From Eledone cirrhosa (lineage: Eukaryota): a DNA stretch of 64,000 nucleotides. Where the stretch lies: the NCBI GenBank assembly GCA_964016885.1, contig OZ024741.1, forward strand, positions 376,960,001 through 377,024,000, read 5' to 3'. Under the pieces are notes generated by a model. It was not told the origin of the DNA, made no database searches, and saw only the letters and a program-made list of their open reading frames with translations. This document shows, piece by piece, positions 14,449-26,507 of the stretch (its first letter is position 1; every line of letters starts with the position of its first letter). Made by a program: the position numbers and the translations under genes.

Positions 14449-15911
14449 ACAATAACAAATTTGAAGACTAAAATCCCAAACGGGCTCGGGTGGGTTTACT
14501 GATAGGTGACATTCGTTGTTTTCTTACTATACCGTTCTGTTTCGCTATTTCTGCAAATATTACCACTAATCAACCTTTAGGAAAATAGCCTAAATTTGTG
14601 TTAACATAGTTCAAAAACTGGTGTTTGATTATTCAAATATATTCTACCCCAAATACATAATCATTTTCCATTATCGTATTTTCTGATATCTCATACAATT
14701 ATATGAATAATAAATTTCCAATATTTATATTAAAATTGTTGTATATCTTTATAAAGTATCATTTATTATATACTATCTTCATGTTTTATAATTTCGAACC
14801 TAGCTATAATTATTATATTATGCTTTCAACAATGGTTCATACTTCATACTCCAGAGCCAAACATGTAGAAGAAAGGAAATCATAGCAATGCAGCTCAAAT
14901 AAATGATGAAATATCCGTAGATAATTTAATTGTTGCATTTTTGTTGCATTTTAGGCTCATCTGTCATTCTATACAAATCTATTAACCATACGTTGTAATA
15001 TACATCATACACGAAATATGAATCAATTTTAGACTCAAACCACGAGGATATTCAAGCTGATAGAAATATTGTACAAATCATCCTCAAGTCACATCCGAAT
15101 GATTTAAAGGTGCATGGACTCGACGAATGATATATGTTCTAAATATATTGCGTGTAAAAAGTATGACAGCATGATCACAGTTGAAAGTTTTTCTATTTTT
15201 TTTATAATAGTGATATTTACCTATCAAGAGAAGAGTTATCTCTCATTAATTTAGATAATTGAAGGAAGGTTAAAGTTGTGTTAAAGAGTCTCATGAGATT
15301 GCTTTATTGCCTACTTAGTAGAGCTATTAGAGCATGAAAGACAACTAATTATGAAACACTAGTACTAAAAATATGCAAATGTCCAAATTAGAAAAACTGT
15401 AATCCATCTAATCTAGTACGGTACGATGGACACATGAACATTAAAACGAAAATTACATTTTCTAGCGTATCTGTCTACTGGCCATTCTGTCTATGTATGA
15501 TTTGTTCTTTTATATCATCACGGAGATGTGATTTTGTGTCTTTGTACAACCATTAAAGCTTACATTGAATCCATGGTATGATATTTAGTAGATATATTTA
15601 AGAAAATTTAGGATTAAAATATTTAAAGAAATATTTGGGGAATAAAATGTTCAGATAAGGGAATAAATAGATACATTAATTTATATTATATATTGCTGAT
15701 AGAAATGAATTCGCTGCAACATTATGTTTTTATTTGTCATTTTCTCAATATTAGTAACAATCATCTCATGAATGGTGTTGTGCTGAAGACTCTTTCGCTA
15801 GGACTATGCAGTTTCGAATTCTACACAACTGCGCCACACTATATTTTCAGATAAATGAAAATATTGGTAAATTTTACACACACAACCATACATACGCACA
15901 TGCAAGTATAT

Positions 15912-16011
<100 letters not shown>

Positions 16012-16019
16012 AATATACA

Positions 16020-16066
<47 letters not shown>

Positions 16067-16080
16067 CATATGTATTTATG

Positions 16081-16137
<57 letters not shown>

Positions 16138-16234
16138 GTGAGGTTTTTTTTACAAAATGAAAAATAACCGAGATGTCCTACACGAGTGAACATCCTGGAG
16201 GACTAAAAACAAAACCTGTCAAAGGGCAAAGGAG

Positions 16235-16669
16235 TGTCAGTGGCCATTCAAAATCACCGGGAGAGATGACCCCTTAGCCTTTGTCAAGGCAGAATTCTAG
16301 GAGAAGGAAAACTCTGATTTAACACCTGCAACCCTGATGGTATCCAATGATGTTGACTTGTTCTTCTTTTTGGTAAATATCATCTTGGTTAAGAGAGTGG
16401 GACTGGCTTTGTGAAGTGCCTTTGCTCACTATAAAAGCTTCACGCCACACACAGGCATTGTTTTGTATCTGGAGATCTCTCTGCACTTGACGTCACATGG
16501 CTTCATGGGCCCAGCACTATGTGTCAATAACTGTGACAAGTGTAGCGTTTGTACCAGAGTTTCCAAGTCGCTGGCTGGACTAACAATTCACATTCGTACA
16601 GGGCATCGATAGGGGTTCTCCTACATGGATATAAAGTAGTTGCCGTACTGGAAAACGAGTTGGCAGCCA

Positions 16670-16671
<2 letters not shown>
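16235..16671 (+). mobile_element. Non-coding interspersed repeat resembling an RTE-type 5' UTR or RTE-derived SINE
   Basis: Diverged inverted copy at 58435-58871; contains ctaggagaaggaaaactctga, a motif I recall from RTE 5' regions; ends at (TA)n. Confidence 0.6.
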
Positions 16672-16752
<81 letters not shown>

Positions 16753-16784
16753 CGTATATATATATATATTATATATGTATATAA

Positions 16785-16912
<128 letters not shown>

Positions 16913-17027
16913 GTATATATATATATTATATATGTATATATATATATGTATATATATATAAATATACAATATATATATATGTTATTATGTATATATATAT
17001 ATATATGTGTATATATATATACATATG

Positions 17028-17101
<74 letters not shown>

Positions 17102-17108
<7 letters not shown>

Positions 17109-18157
17109 GTGAGCTTTTTTTTACAAAATGAAAAATAACCGAGGTGTCCTACACGAGTGAAAGTATAAAGCAAAAGAGATGAAATCGAAAATGCAACTGG
17201 CGTCTTATTTAAAAATATATATATATATATATATTTATTTGGTTCCTTTACCTTTTTCGCAGTTCTTCTGCTTTTCAAAAGGTGAGTTGAGATGGAGGGT
17301 CTGTGGTTTTTCTCACATCTGGTTGGTCTCTGAATGTTACTTGTTTTATATGGAAAAAGTGACTCGAAATGCCAGGTTTTTCGAGAAGTAATAATGTAAA
17401 TAATTATAATAAATTTCGCGCCAGTTCGCGAGTAATAATGTCAATAATTATAATAAATTTCGCGCCAGTTCGCGTTACAATAGTTCTTCAAATAAGAGGG
17501 GGGGGTGTCACAGGTTGTTTTTTTCATATATGAGTGTTTGCATTTCTTTTTACTTGAAAAAAGGTGCTCACGAAGGCTTTTTTTTGGTTGGTTATAAATG
17601 AAATTATTGCTGTCACGTGAACAAGTTTTCATAAAATTTTCGTGTCCTTATTTGGAAATCCATTCTGTAGCCTTTTTTGAGAATGTTGTGATAGGTGAAA
17701 GATAATGGCCAAGAGAAAGGGATGGGAGAATTGTTCTGGTTCAGTGAATATGGTTAGTTCGCTGGGGTTCAGAATTCAGATTTTCTATTGAATAAAGAAA
17801 TTAAAGATATGTATGTTTATTTGTGTGCTTGTGTGTGTGTGCGCGTGTGTGTGTGTGTGTTGTGTGTGTGTTTGAATTTATTTACTTTAAAAAAATGGTG
17901 GCTCACGAAGGCTTTTTTTATTAAAAAAAAGCCTTCGTGAGCCAATTACTTCTCGAAAAACCTGGCAATTCGAGCCTCTTTTTCCATATAAAAGAAGTAA
18001 CATTCAGAGACCAACCAGATGTGAGAAAAACCACAGACCCTCCATCTCAACGCACCTTTAGAAATGCAGATGAACTGCGAAATCGGTAAAGGAACCAAAT
18101 AAATATATACATTTTTTTAAAAAAATAAGACCCCAGTTGCATTTTCGATTTCATCTC

Positions 18158-18160
<3 letters not shown>
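17102..18160 (-). mobile_element. Solo pLTR of the 49035-54075 PLE family with inverted partial copy
   Basis: 17175-17930 matches 49040-49820; 17945-18160 is the reverse complement of 17175-17390; decayed HHRs at 17245-17282 (-) and 18055-18092 (+). Confidence 0.8.
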
Positions 18161-18246
<86 letters not shown>

Positions 18247-18550
18247 TATATATTAGGGAAGCAGAACATTTCTTTTTGTGATCCAGTTCGTGGTTAAGAA
18301 AGCCAGTTTCATGGATGTTTCAACGTACGGTTAGGGGTAACTTCACAAGTTTGTAAGAATTCCGTTCAATCATGGAGTATAAAGTATAAAAGAGAAAACG
18401 CAGGTAAGCATTAAGAGAAGGATTTTATCCAGGTATTTACGACCGTTTCATTGGTAAGTGCAACCTTATATTGCTATACTGCAAATAGCAGCCACTCGAT
18501 TATAATTGTTGTTCTCCGTCCCAATTTTCAAAATAGTGAGTAAGTTACTC

Positions 18551-18710
<160 letters not shown>

Positions 18711-18748
18711 ATATATATATATATATATAAGTAAGTATGTTTTGGGGT

Positions 18749-18819
18749 GATGTGTTGGGGTAATGGTAGCACAGTGGTCGCGATAACCAAAGATGTGGGT
18801 TCGACTCCCATGTACGTCA
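18749..18819 (+). other. tRNA-like sequence (pseudo-tRNA or SINE head)
   Basis: tggggtaatggtagcac A-box-like, gggttcgactccc B-box, weak acceptor stem gatgtgt/gtacgtc; lacks U33; copies at 33365-33435 (-) and partial 33643-33698 (+). Confidence 0.5.
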
Positions 18820-18914
18820 ATACTCATCTTTTTCCATTTATCTGAGGTTCTAAACCCCACTATCAGGCTAACATTCCTTTAGTCAAAAATACGGTGAAAG
18901 CTATTCTATATATG

Positions 18915-18949
<35 letters not shown>

Positions 18950-18950
18950 T

Positions 18951-18984
<34 letters not shown>

Positions 18985-19009
18985 ATGTATAAAAATCAAT
19001 ACAATATAA

Positions 19010-19085
19010 TTACCTAATTACCAGAGGTTTCCCGAATGAGGCGAATACGAAAGAAACGTCTTCATTCGTTCGTCAGACGAGGCAA
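19010..19085 (-). ncRNA. Type I HHR with long stem II
   Basis: Reverse complement of 33095-33170. Confidence 0.7.
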
Positions 19086-20358
19086 TATAAAACATGGGTA
19101 AATACTTGGAAAGTCTCATCAAGAAAAGCAAAAAAACAAAAAAGATATAGACAAATGAATTAGAATATGAAATATATAATAATCTTTCAAGAAATATAGT
19201 TAGGTGTGTGTATATGTATGTATATACGTTCACAGATGTGCATATATGTGTATGCACATATGTATACGTATAGTGAAAAAGTGTGCGTAAATATATAATT
19301 TAGGGCAAATGTATCTGTATGTCTGTAATCTACAGACAAAATAGATACATCATAAGAATATGAAGGCACGCGCATAAACACACCTACACACACGTACACT
19401 TAGATGCGGAAGTAAAAAAGGAAAGGGACTGTAATAATTAAAGGAAAGTATCAATCTCGATATATTTATAAAAATGGAACAATAATTTAGGAAGAAAAAA
19501 TTAAAGAAAAGAAGACAAAAAAGTTACATACATACACACACACGTATATCTCACAAAAGAAACGCAAAAATATACATGCTTATATAAACACGCACACTTA
19601 CACATCAATACGTTCGATACGTATACACACACACACACACATACTTACACTCACGCATATTGACCTGTTTGCATGCACACGCATAAAAATGAGTAAGTAA
19701 AAAAAGGGGGGAGAAGAAAAAAAGAACAAAACATAAAAGCTGGATGTAAAAACACGGATATAAAGACACATACAAATACGCATACACACATATATATATA
19801 TATATACACGCACGCGCGCGCACATACGTAGTCGCTCATGTACATATATAGAAAGTATACACACATTAAGGCGTTCAGCCACATTGATAAAGGGTGTAAA
19901 AAACTTGTGGATAAGTAAGTACAAATATAAAATTGTAAGATTGGCTGCGCAAAAATAAAAAAAATAAAAAATATATAAAATATATCTGGGGTGGAAAACA
20001 CAAATGACAGTCTAATCAGTTAGTGAAGGAAATAGGGAAGTAAAATATGGAAAGTAAAAATATTAGGTAAGTGAATCGGAGAATACAGGGGGGGGGGGTA
20101 TTGGTGGATGTGAAATAAAAATAAAAAAATAAATATAAAAATAAAAATAAATGAAATTAATGATAACGATAAAAATGAAAGTAAATCAGAAAGGGTAATT
20201 AAAAAGAGAATAATAAGAGTTTATGGAGGATAAGTATCTGAAAGTGTGTTAAGTTTATATGAGCTGGAAAGCAGGTGTGATTTCATGTGTGGGCAACTGG
20301 TGAAAATGTCCGTCTTTGTGTCCAGGCAGGTCTTTGGTGATTTTAGATTTTGCAATAT

Positions 20359-21180
20359 CTAATATTTTTCATTTATGCAGAGCGTGCATTTTCTTGTTCC
20401 TCTAGCATATTCTTTAGATTGGTTCAAATTTGACCAATCTAATTTATATTGGATGCCTTGGTCTTTCAAATCCCAAATTCTGCTAGCCAGAGCTGTTGTA
20501 AATCTTTTTTCTGGATGTCGAAAGGATGTGACATGTGAGTAATAACGCGTTTTGAATTTGTCTTGCGTCATACCCACATATCGTTCACTGGTGGCTGGAT
20601 GGTTGTTGCTGATGGTTGTCACTTTAGCCGCATATACAATGGCTTTGGTGTTGCATTTACCTTGAAATGGGCATTCTCTTTTGATTCTACAGGAGCAAGT
20701 TTGATTTTCTCTAGGTGATATTTTGTTGATGATATAGGACTTAATAGGGGGTCCGCAGGAATAGCTAATGTTGACACAGTTTCTGTTAAAGATCTTATAG
20801 TATCTATGTGTTCTAGGGAAATGTTTATCTAGGAGCTCTAGGAATTTTTTGCCTACATTAGTTTTAACTGCTAGAGAGTAGGGGGGTGTGAACCAGATTA
20901 TTTTTCTTTTCCTGTTATTATGTTTAATAGAGTTAGTATAGTTGGGTATGTATTTAAGCGGTTCGCTAAAACCGCTATTTTGGAGGGCTTTATTATAGTA
21001 GGGGGATGCCTTATTAAAAATAGCTTCTGAGGAAGAGAGGGTGGAGATCCTACGGCTAATATTAGGGATAAGGTTTTTAAAAATTATAGGTGGATGGCAA
21101 GAGCCTTTATTTATATATTTTAAGTTTTCATTAGGTTTATGGTATGGTTTATAAGAAGCAGTAGGCAAATCTATGTTTAT
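20359..21180 (-). pseudogene. PLE C-terminal thumb/GIY-YIG endonuclease remnant
   Basis: Cys-rich linker and IVY..YVG motif; N-terminal part of the called ORF is microsatellite. Confidence 0.88.
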
Positions 21181-21213
21181 ATCTATATATGTATATATAT
21201 ATATATGTATATA

Positions 21214-21296
<83 letters not shown>

Positions 21297-21337
21297 CTAG
21301 GTGTGAGAAAAACAACAGACCCTCCATCTCAACTCTA

Positions 21338-21374
21338 CTTTTGAAAAGCAGAAGAACTGCGAAACCGGTAAAGG
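21338..21374 (+). ncRNA. Type I HHR, U3-A8 core variant, in pLTR fragment 21300-21506
   Basis: ctt-TTGAAAA-gcag-aagaa-ctgc-GAAAC-cg-GTA-aag; ACCGGT palindrome. Confidence 0.7.
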
Positions 21375-22136
21375 AACAAAGCAATATATATACTTTTTTA
21401 AAAATAATACTCCAGTTGCATTTTTGATTTCATATTTTTTCTTTATACTTTCACTCGTGTAGGACACCTCGTTTATTTTTCATTTTGTAAAAAATCCTCA
21501 CTTTCTGGGTATTGGTAAGGGTTAATCCTTGGCCTGGCACTTGAAGTAAAACCTGTTGAGAAAGTGACTTCCTTGTTCAATCAACTTACCAAAAGCTTAG
21601 CATTATTTGTCTAAGCGGGCAATACTTTGATTTAAAAGTCGCAGAATCCAAATGCTGGATTTTTACCAACCATCCAGGAGTCCGGATACATTTTTTCAAT
21701 CATATTTTTTTATTTGTTTAACCCGAATTACTTGGTCGTTTCTATGGCTGTGCGGATAATGGTTTAATCATCGTCTCAGTGTCTTTGGCCTCTTAACGTA
21801 TGTTGTAGCTCTGGTTCTTTAGAATCTATTGAGCTCTTGCCACACATCTCGGAAGTTGTTTTTCGCTAATTTCCAAAAGCCGAAATACGATTCTCGCTAA
21901 TTTATATTTATATTTATATATATATATTTTAATAAATATTTGCATTACGGTTCATATGTATTTGATATATATTTATCCTTATCGAGCCCTCTTTGGATTT
22001 TAGTCTTCAAATTTATTATTATTACTATATAACTATATATATATATATATATATAGGTAAGCTATTCCGTGTTGAATCGAAGGTAACCACAGTCAGTAAG
22101 GTACTCAATACATAGCAGAGTATAACAGTTTTAATA

Positions 22137-22322
22137 TTTATTTCTACTATTGGCACAAGGCCAGCAATTACCCAGTACATTACTGGTACTTTATTTTATC
22201 GACCCCGTAAGGATGAAAGGCAAAGTCAACCTCGGCGGGATTTGAACTCAGATCGTAAAGGGACGTAACTATGCTGGAAAGCATGGCGTCCGACCCTCTA
22301 CCGATACTGCCAATCCACCGCC
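22137..22322 (-). mobile_element. tRNA-derived SINE
   Basis: Reverse complement of the 7363 family. Confidence 0.85.
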
Positions 22323-22346
22323 CTATAACAGTTTTAATATTGAAGA

Positions 22347-22395
22347 GATTCTACAGGACTAGAACTGTTTCATTGGTGAGAAATTATCAGGAATC
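22347..22395 (-). ncRNA. HHR with mutated core (CUGAUAA), probably inactive
   Basis: gattc-CTGATAA-tttctcaccaat-GAAACAG-ttctagtc-CTGTA-gaatc. Confidence 0.55.
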
Positions 22396-22855
22396 TGATT
22401 GTCCAAGTAAATATGGTGATATTTTTATCTTTTCTGGTGGTAGGAAAGGGTGGGGAGAGGGATGGGTGGAGGTCATTTGTTGAAAGTAAAGGGAATTCAT
22501 TAAAAGCTAATTCTTTAAAGCTATAATTTATATTTATAGTGACAAAGGCAGAAAGAATTCTATAAACGAGTTCAAATTGTAGTGCCACTCCTTATTTTTA
22601 AGTTTCTCTTAAGCTAACAATGCCTAAATTTCAGGTACCTATAAGATGGTTGGAGGTCAGTCATGATTGATGGATTTAAAGAAATGGGATTTCTTTAAAA
22701 GCTAATACTTTAAAGCTTTACTTAGAGTGACAAAGGCAGAAAGAATTCTAGAAACAAGTAAAATTATAGGTGTCTCTCCTTATTTTCAAGTTACTCTTAA
22801 GCTATATTTCAGAAGTCTACAAGCACATTCACACACACACACACAGATAAATATA

Positions 22856-22887
<32 letters not shown>

Positions 22888-22904
22888 CATACACATAGAT
22901 ATAC

Positions 22905-23009
<105 letters not shown>

Positions 23010-23208
23010 GTGTGTGTGTATATCTGTGTATATATATATATTTAAATATATATATATATATAAGAATTGAAATACTAGAGTGTGTTGGAGTTAAACACAC
23101 TCTTCATATTATAGAAATGACAGTATAAGATATAGCTTAATGTAATTAAACAGAGCCGAAAAATTATAAAAAATAAACCAAAGAAGCCTTCAATACATCA
23201 AAAGTCTT

Positions 23209-23250
23209 TATTATCCAACAATCTTTCGTCCTATTAAGGACTCATCAGGC
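23209..23250 (-). ncRNA. Type I HHR
   Basis: Reverse complement: c-CTGATGA-gtcc-ttaata-ggac-GAAA-gatt-GTT-gg; 15.2 pair mismatched. Confidence 0.65.
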
Positions 23251-24790
23251 AAGTAAAGCTACAAGAAGAACTATTGGCTAATACAAGCCAAAAACTCAGA
23301 AGAATATGGAGTATACATCTATTAAAGCCTAGGAAGGATATCAAGGAAAAGTAGGCTAAGATTAAGAGCGAGCAGTTACAAACATAGATATAGACCAAAT
23401 AGCAAGGAAGTGATTAACATGTTGAACCCACATTGTAAATATTATATAATGCAAAAACTTGAAACACAAATGGCAATACAATACGAGAATTACAGTACGA
23501 TATAGAATATAATATAGTATAATAGATGGTGATAATAAAAAGCTTAATATATGTATATATATATATATATACACATATACATTAGTACAAACACAGGCTA
23601 ACACTTATTAAGTATTTAAATATATATGCACATATTGTTTACAGTATAATATAATAAAGATAAAATTAAAATAAAATATAACATATAATTCGCTGTCAGT
23701 GTGCATAAACAATATAAAAACATTATAATAACACTATAATAACAATATTATAATATATTGGCATCAAAAGATATACAAAATTACATCATGTATATAAATC
23801 AATTCAAGGTTAACAAATAGTATAAAGTTTTACACAGGGTAAAAAAATCATATAGAACTAAATAGTGTTGAAAAATTGAGTTTCAAAAAATATCTATACC
23901 ATTGTAACAAATACACGGAGGTTAAGTCATTTTACATTGGCAAACATATTACAAAAATATCACAAAATATTACAAAATATATTTACGTGGTTGACATACA
24001 GACATATATTAATGAAATTACATGGTCAGACAAACAGCGTGTGGTAGTAAAAAAATAAATAAATTAAACCTAAGATCGGAAAAAAACAAAAACAAGTATA
24101 TTTACTTAGGTGTCACAAGCGGTTAAGTAAAAGAAGAGATAGAAATGTAAGCGGCGAATTGACTAGAAAACCTTTTTAAATTAATTAATATTAAAAGTAT
24201 TTAAGATACATATTTAGTCACTTCTAAATTGGCTATATTTTAAGTCATCAAAAACGTATAAGTTTGAGATATTTCAATAAAATTATCAAGAATAGAGTAA
24301 AATATGCTCAGTTCAGTCGAATGACGTTATCAAATAAAAATACTCTAAATAGAACTATGGTAGACCAATGGGAACAGAAGAAGAGAGGTTATGGAGGATA
24401 GGAAAGAGCATAAATGTAAAATCAATATATTATATAATATCATAAAAGGAGCATAAAGGTGAAATTTATATATAGTATAATAGAAGGGGCGGATATTAAG
24501 TGTGTAGAGGAGGAGGTACACTAGTTGAATGAGACTCCAACCCAAAGTATTTAATAAGATATAAACGCATAAGGTGTTAGTAGTGAAACTATAATACTGC
24601 TTAAGACGATAAATAGGGTATGGTAGCCAAAAGACTATGGAAACTAAAATCGAAAAGATGTAAACAAACTAGTAATAATAAAGATGATGGTAATCAAAAT
24701 GAACCTAAACAAAAAAGATATGGAAAATATAGCAGCTAATGGATACGATTTAAACTACCAGAACTTTTAGGTCTATAATAGAAGAAAGAA

Positions 24791-25684
24791 TTAGAAATGG
24801 CATGGGGGCAGGAAGAAAATATCTCTATTAAGCAAAACTTCCCTAGAGAAAATTATAGAGTGGGTCTCTAGGATACAAAGATTACAGAATTTAGTGTGTG
24901 TTGATAGGTTATTGGAGCGTGCTACTATACGCCAATTAAGGCTATATGGCATGCCTGCCCCTTTAAGATACCAGATATGGTGTGCTAAAGAAGTAGAGTT
25001 CTTAAACTTAACATGCTTAAAATTAGAGATATGAGAATTAAATCTATTTTTAAAAGCATTAGATGTGGAGCCTATATATGTGCTATTAGAAGAATCACTT
25101 ATAACTTCACAAGCATAAACAATGTTCCTAGAGAGGCAGTGACCATTTAAAGGGCAGTTAATACTTATTCTACAGTTACACTTGCTGGTGCTATTTACCG
25201 GCTGAATAAGTGATGCATCACTTCTAGGATTATTATAAGATAAGGTCTCCTCAAGTGGTAAGGTATTAATGGATCTATCAAGACTAGTAGTACGCAAAAA
25301 AGAGTAGCTGTCCCTAATTTTCTTATTGTTAGTGCTAGCTAAATGAGAACTAATATTAGGGGTGTTAGAGAATGATAGTTTAATTACATTTTTATTAAAA
25401 ATACCATGGTATTTATTAGTAGGAGGGAAATGTTTCTCTAAGATAGAAAAGAAAGACCTAGGGATGTTAGTTAACACCTCATGATCATAAGGCGGGTTAA
25501 AATAAGTATTGAGTCTCCTCCTATTTCTATCCTTACGAACTCTACCGTTATCCAGTATCCCACTAATAGGATCAGGGTTACTACGAGGACTAGTTGAAAC
25601 AACATTATTAGAAGCAGCCAAAACCCTATTGAGTCTCCTTCTGTTATATATATGATGTAATTTTGTATATCTTTTGGGTGCCAA
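24791..25684 (-). pseudogene. PLE C-terminal GIY-YIG endonuclease region
   Basis: YFNPPY, CNCRISINCPLNGHCL, IVY..YIGST, FKNRF, CNLCILE. Confidence 0.9.
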
Positions 25685-26186
25685 TATATTATAATATTGT
25701 TATTATAATTTTATTATAATGTTTTTATATTGTTTATGCACACTGACAGCGAATTATATATTATATTTTATTTTTAATTTTTATCTTTATTATATTATAC
25801 TGTAAACAATATATACATACTTAATAAGTGCTAGCCTGTGTTTGTACTAATGTATATGTGTATAGATATATAGATATATATACATATATTAAGCTTTTTA
25901 TTATCACCATCTATTATATTATATTATATTCTATATCGTACTGTAATTCTCGCATTCTATTGCCATTTGTGTTTCAAGTTTTTGCATTATATAATATTTA
26001 CAATGTGGGTTCAACATGTTAATCACTTCCTTGCTATTTGGTCTATATCTATGTTTGTAACTGCTGGCTCTTAATCTTAGCCTGCTTTTCCTTGATATCC
26101 TTCCTAGGCTTTAATAGATGTATACTCCATAGTCTTCTGCGTTTTTGGCTTGTATTAGCTGATAGTTCTTCTTGTAGCTTTACTTA

Positions 26187-26228
26187 CCCTGATGAGTCCT
26201 TAATAGGACGAAAGATTGTTGGCTAATA
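26187..26228 (+). ncRNA. Type I HHR
   Basis: cc-CTGATGA-gtcc-ttaata-ggac-GAAA-gatt-GTT-gg-ctaata; distal stem I with tattag at ~26153. Confidence 0.65.
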
Positions 26229-26287
26229 AAGACTTTTGATGTATTGAAGGCTTCTTTGGTTTATTTTATATATATATATATATATAA

Positions 26288-26394
<107 letters not shown>

Positions 26395-26395
26395 A

Positions 26396-26426
<31 letters not shown>

Positions 26427-26449
26427 TACACACACACATACATAGATAC

Positions 26450-26505
<56 letters not shown>

Positions 26506-26507
<2 letters not shown>

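Larger units (their letters stand above)
18985..21180 (-). mobile_element. 5'-truncated PLE (thumb + GIY-YIG, long 3' UTR, HHR)
   Basis: ORF 20359-21180 [59 protein letters not shown]; bounded by (TA)n. Confidence 0.9.
23062..26268 (-). mobile_element. 5'-truncated PLE with inverted pLTRs around a GIY-YIG ORF
   Basis: 23165-23762 is inverted relative to 25680-26268; HHR in each arm; ORF 24791-25684. Confidence 0.9.

Noticed and set aside
14955-15109. Possible plus-strand exon after ttttag acceptor
   Set aside because: Stop codons in all three frames; no coding support.
15783-15820. CTGAAGA as an HHR
   Set aside because: No downstream GAAA core or closing stems.
18432-18455. GAAAC-ggtc-GTA-aatacc on the minus strand
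   Set aside because: Looks like an HHR 3' half but no CUGANGA half was found upstream; not counted.
18749-18819. Functional tRNA gene
   Set aside because: No U33, weak D and acceptor stems; kept only as tRNA-like.
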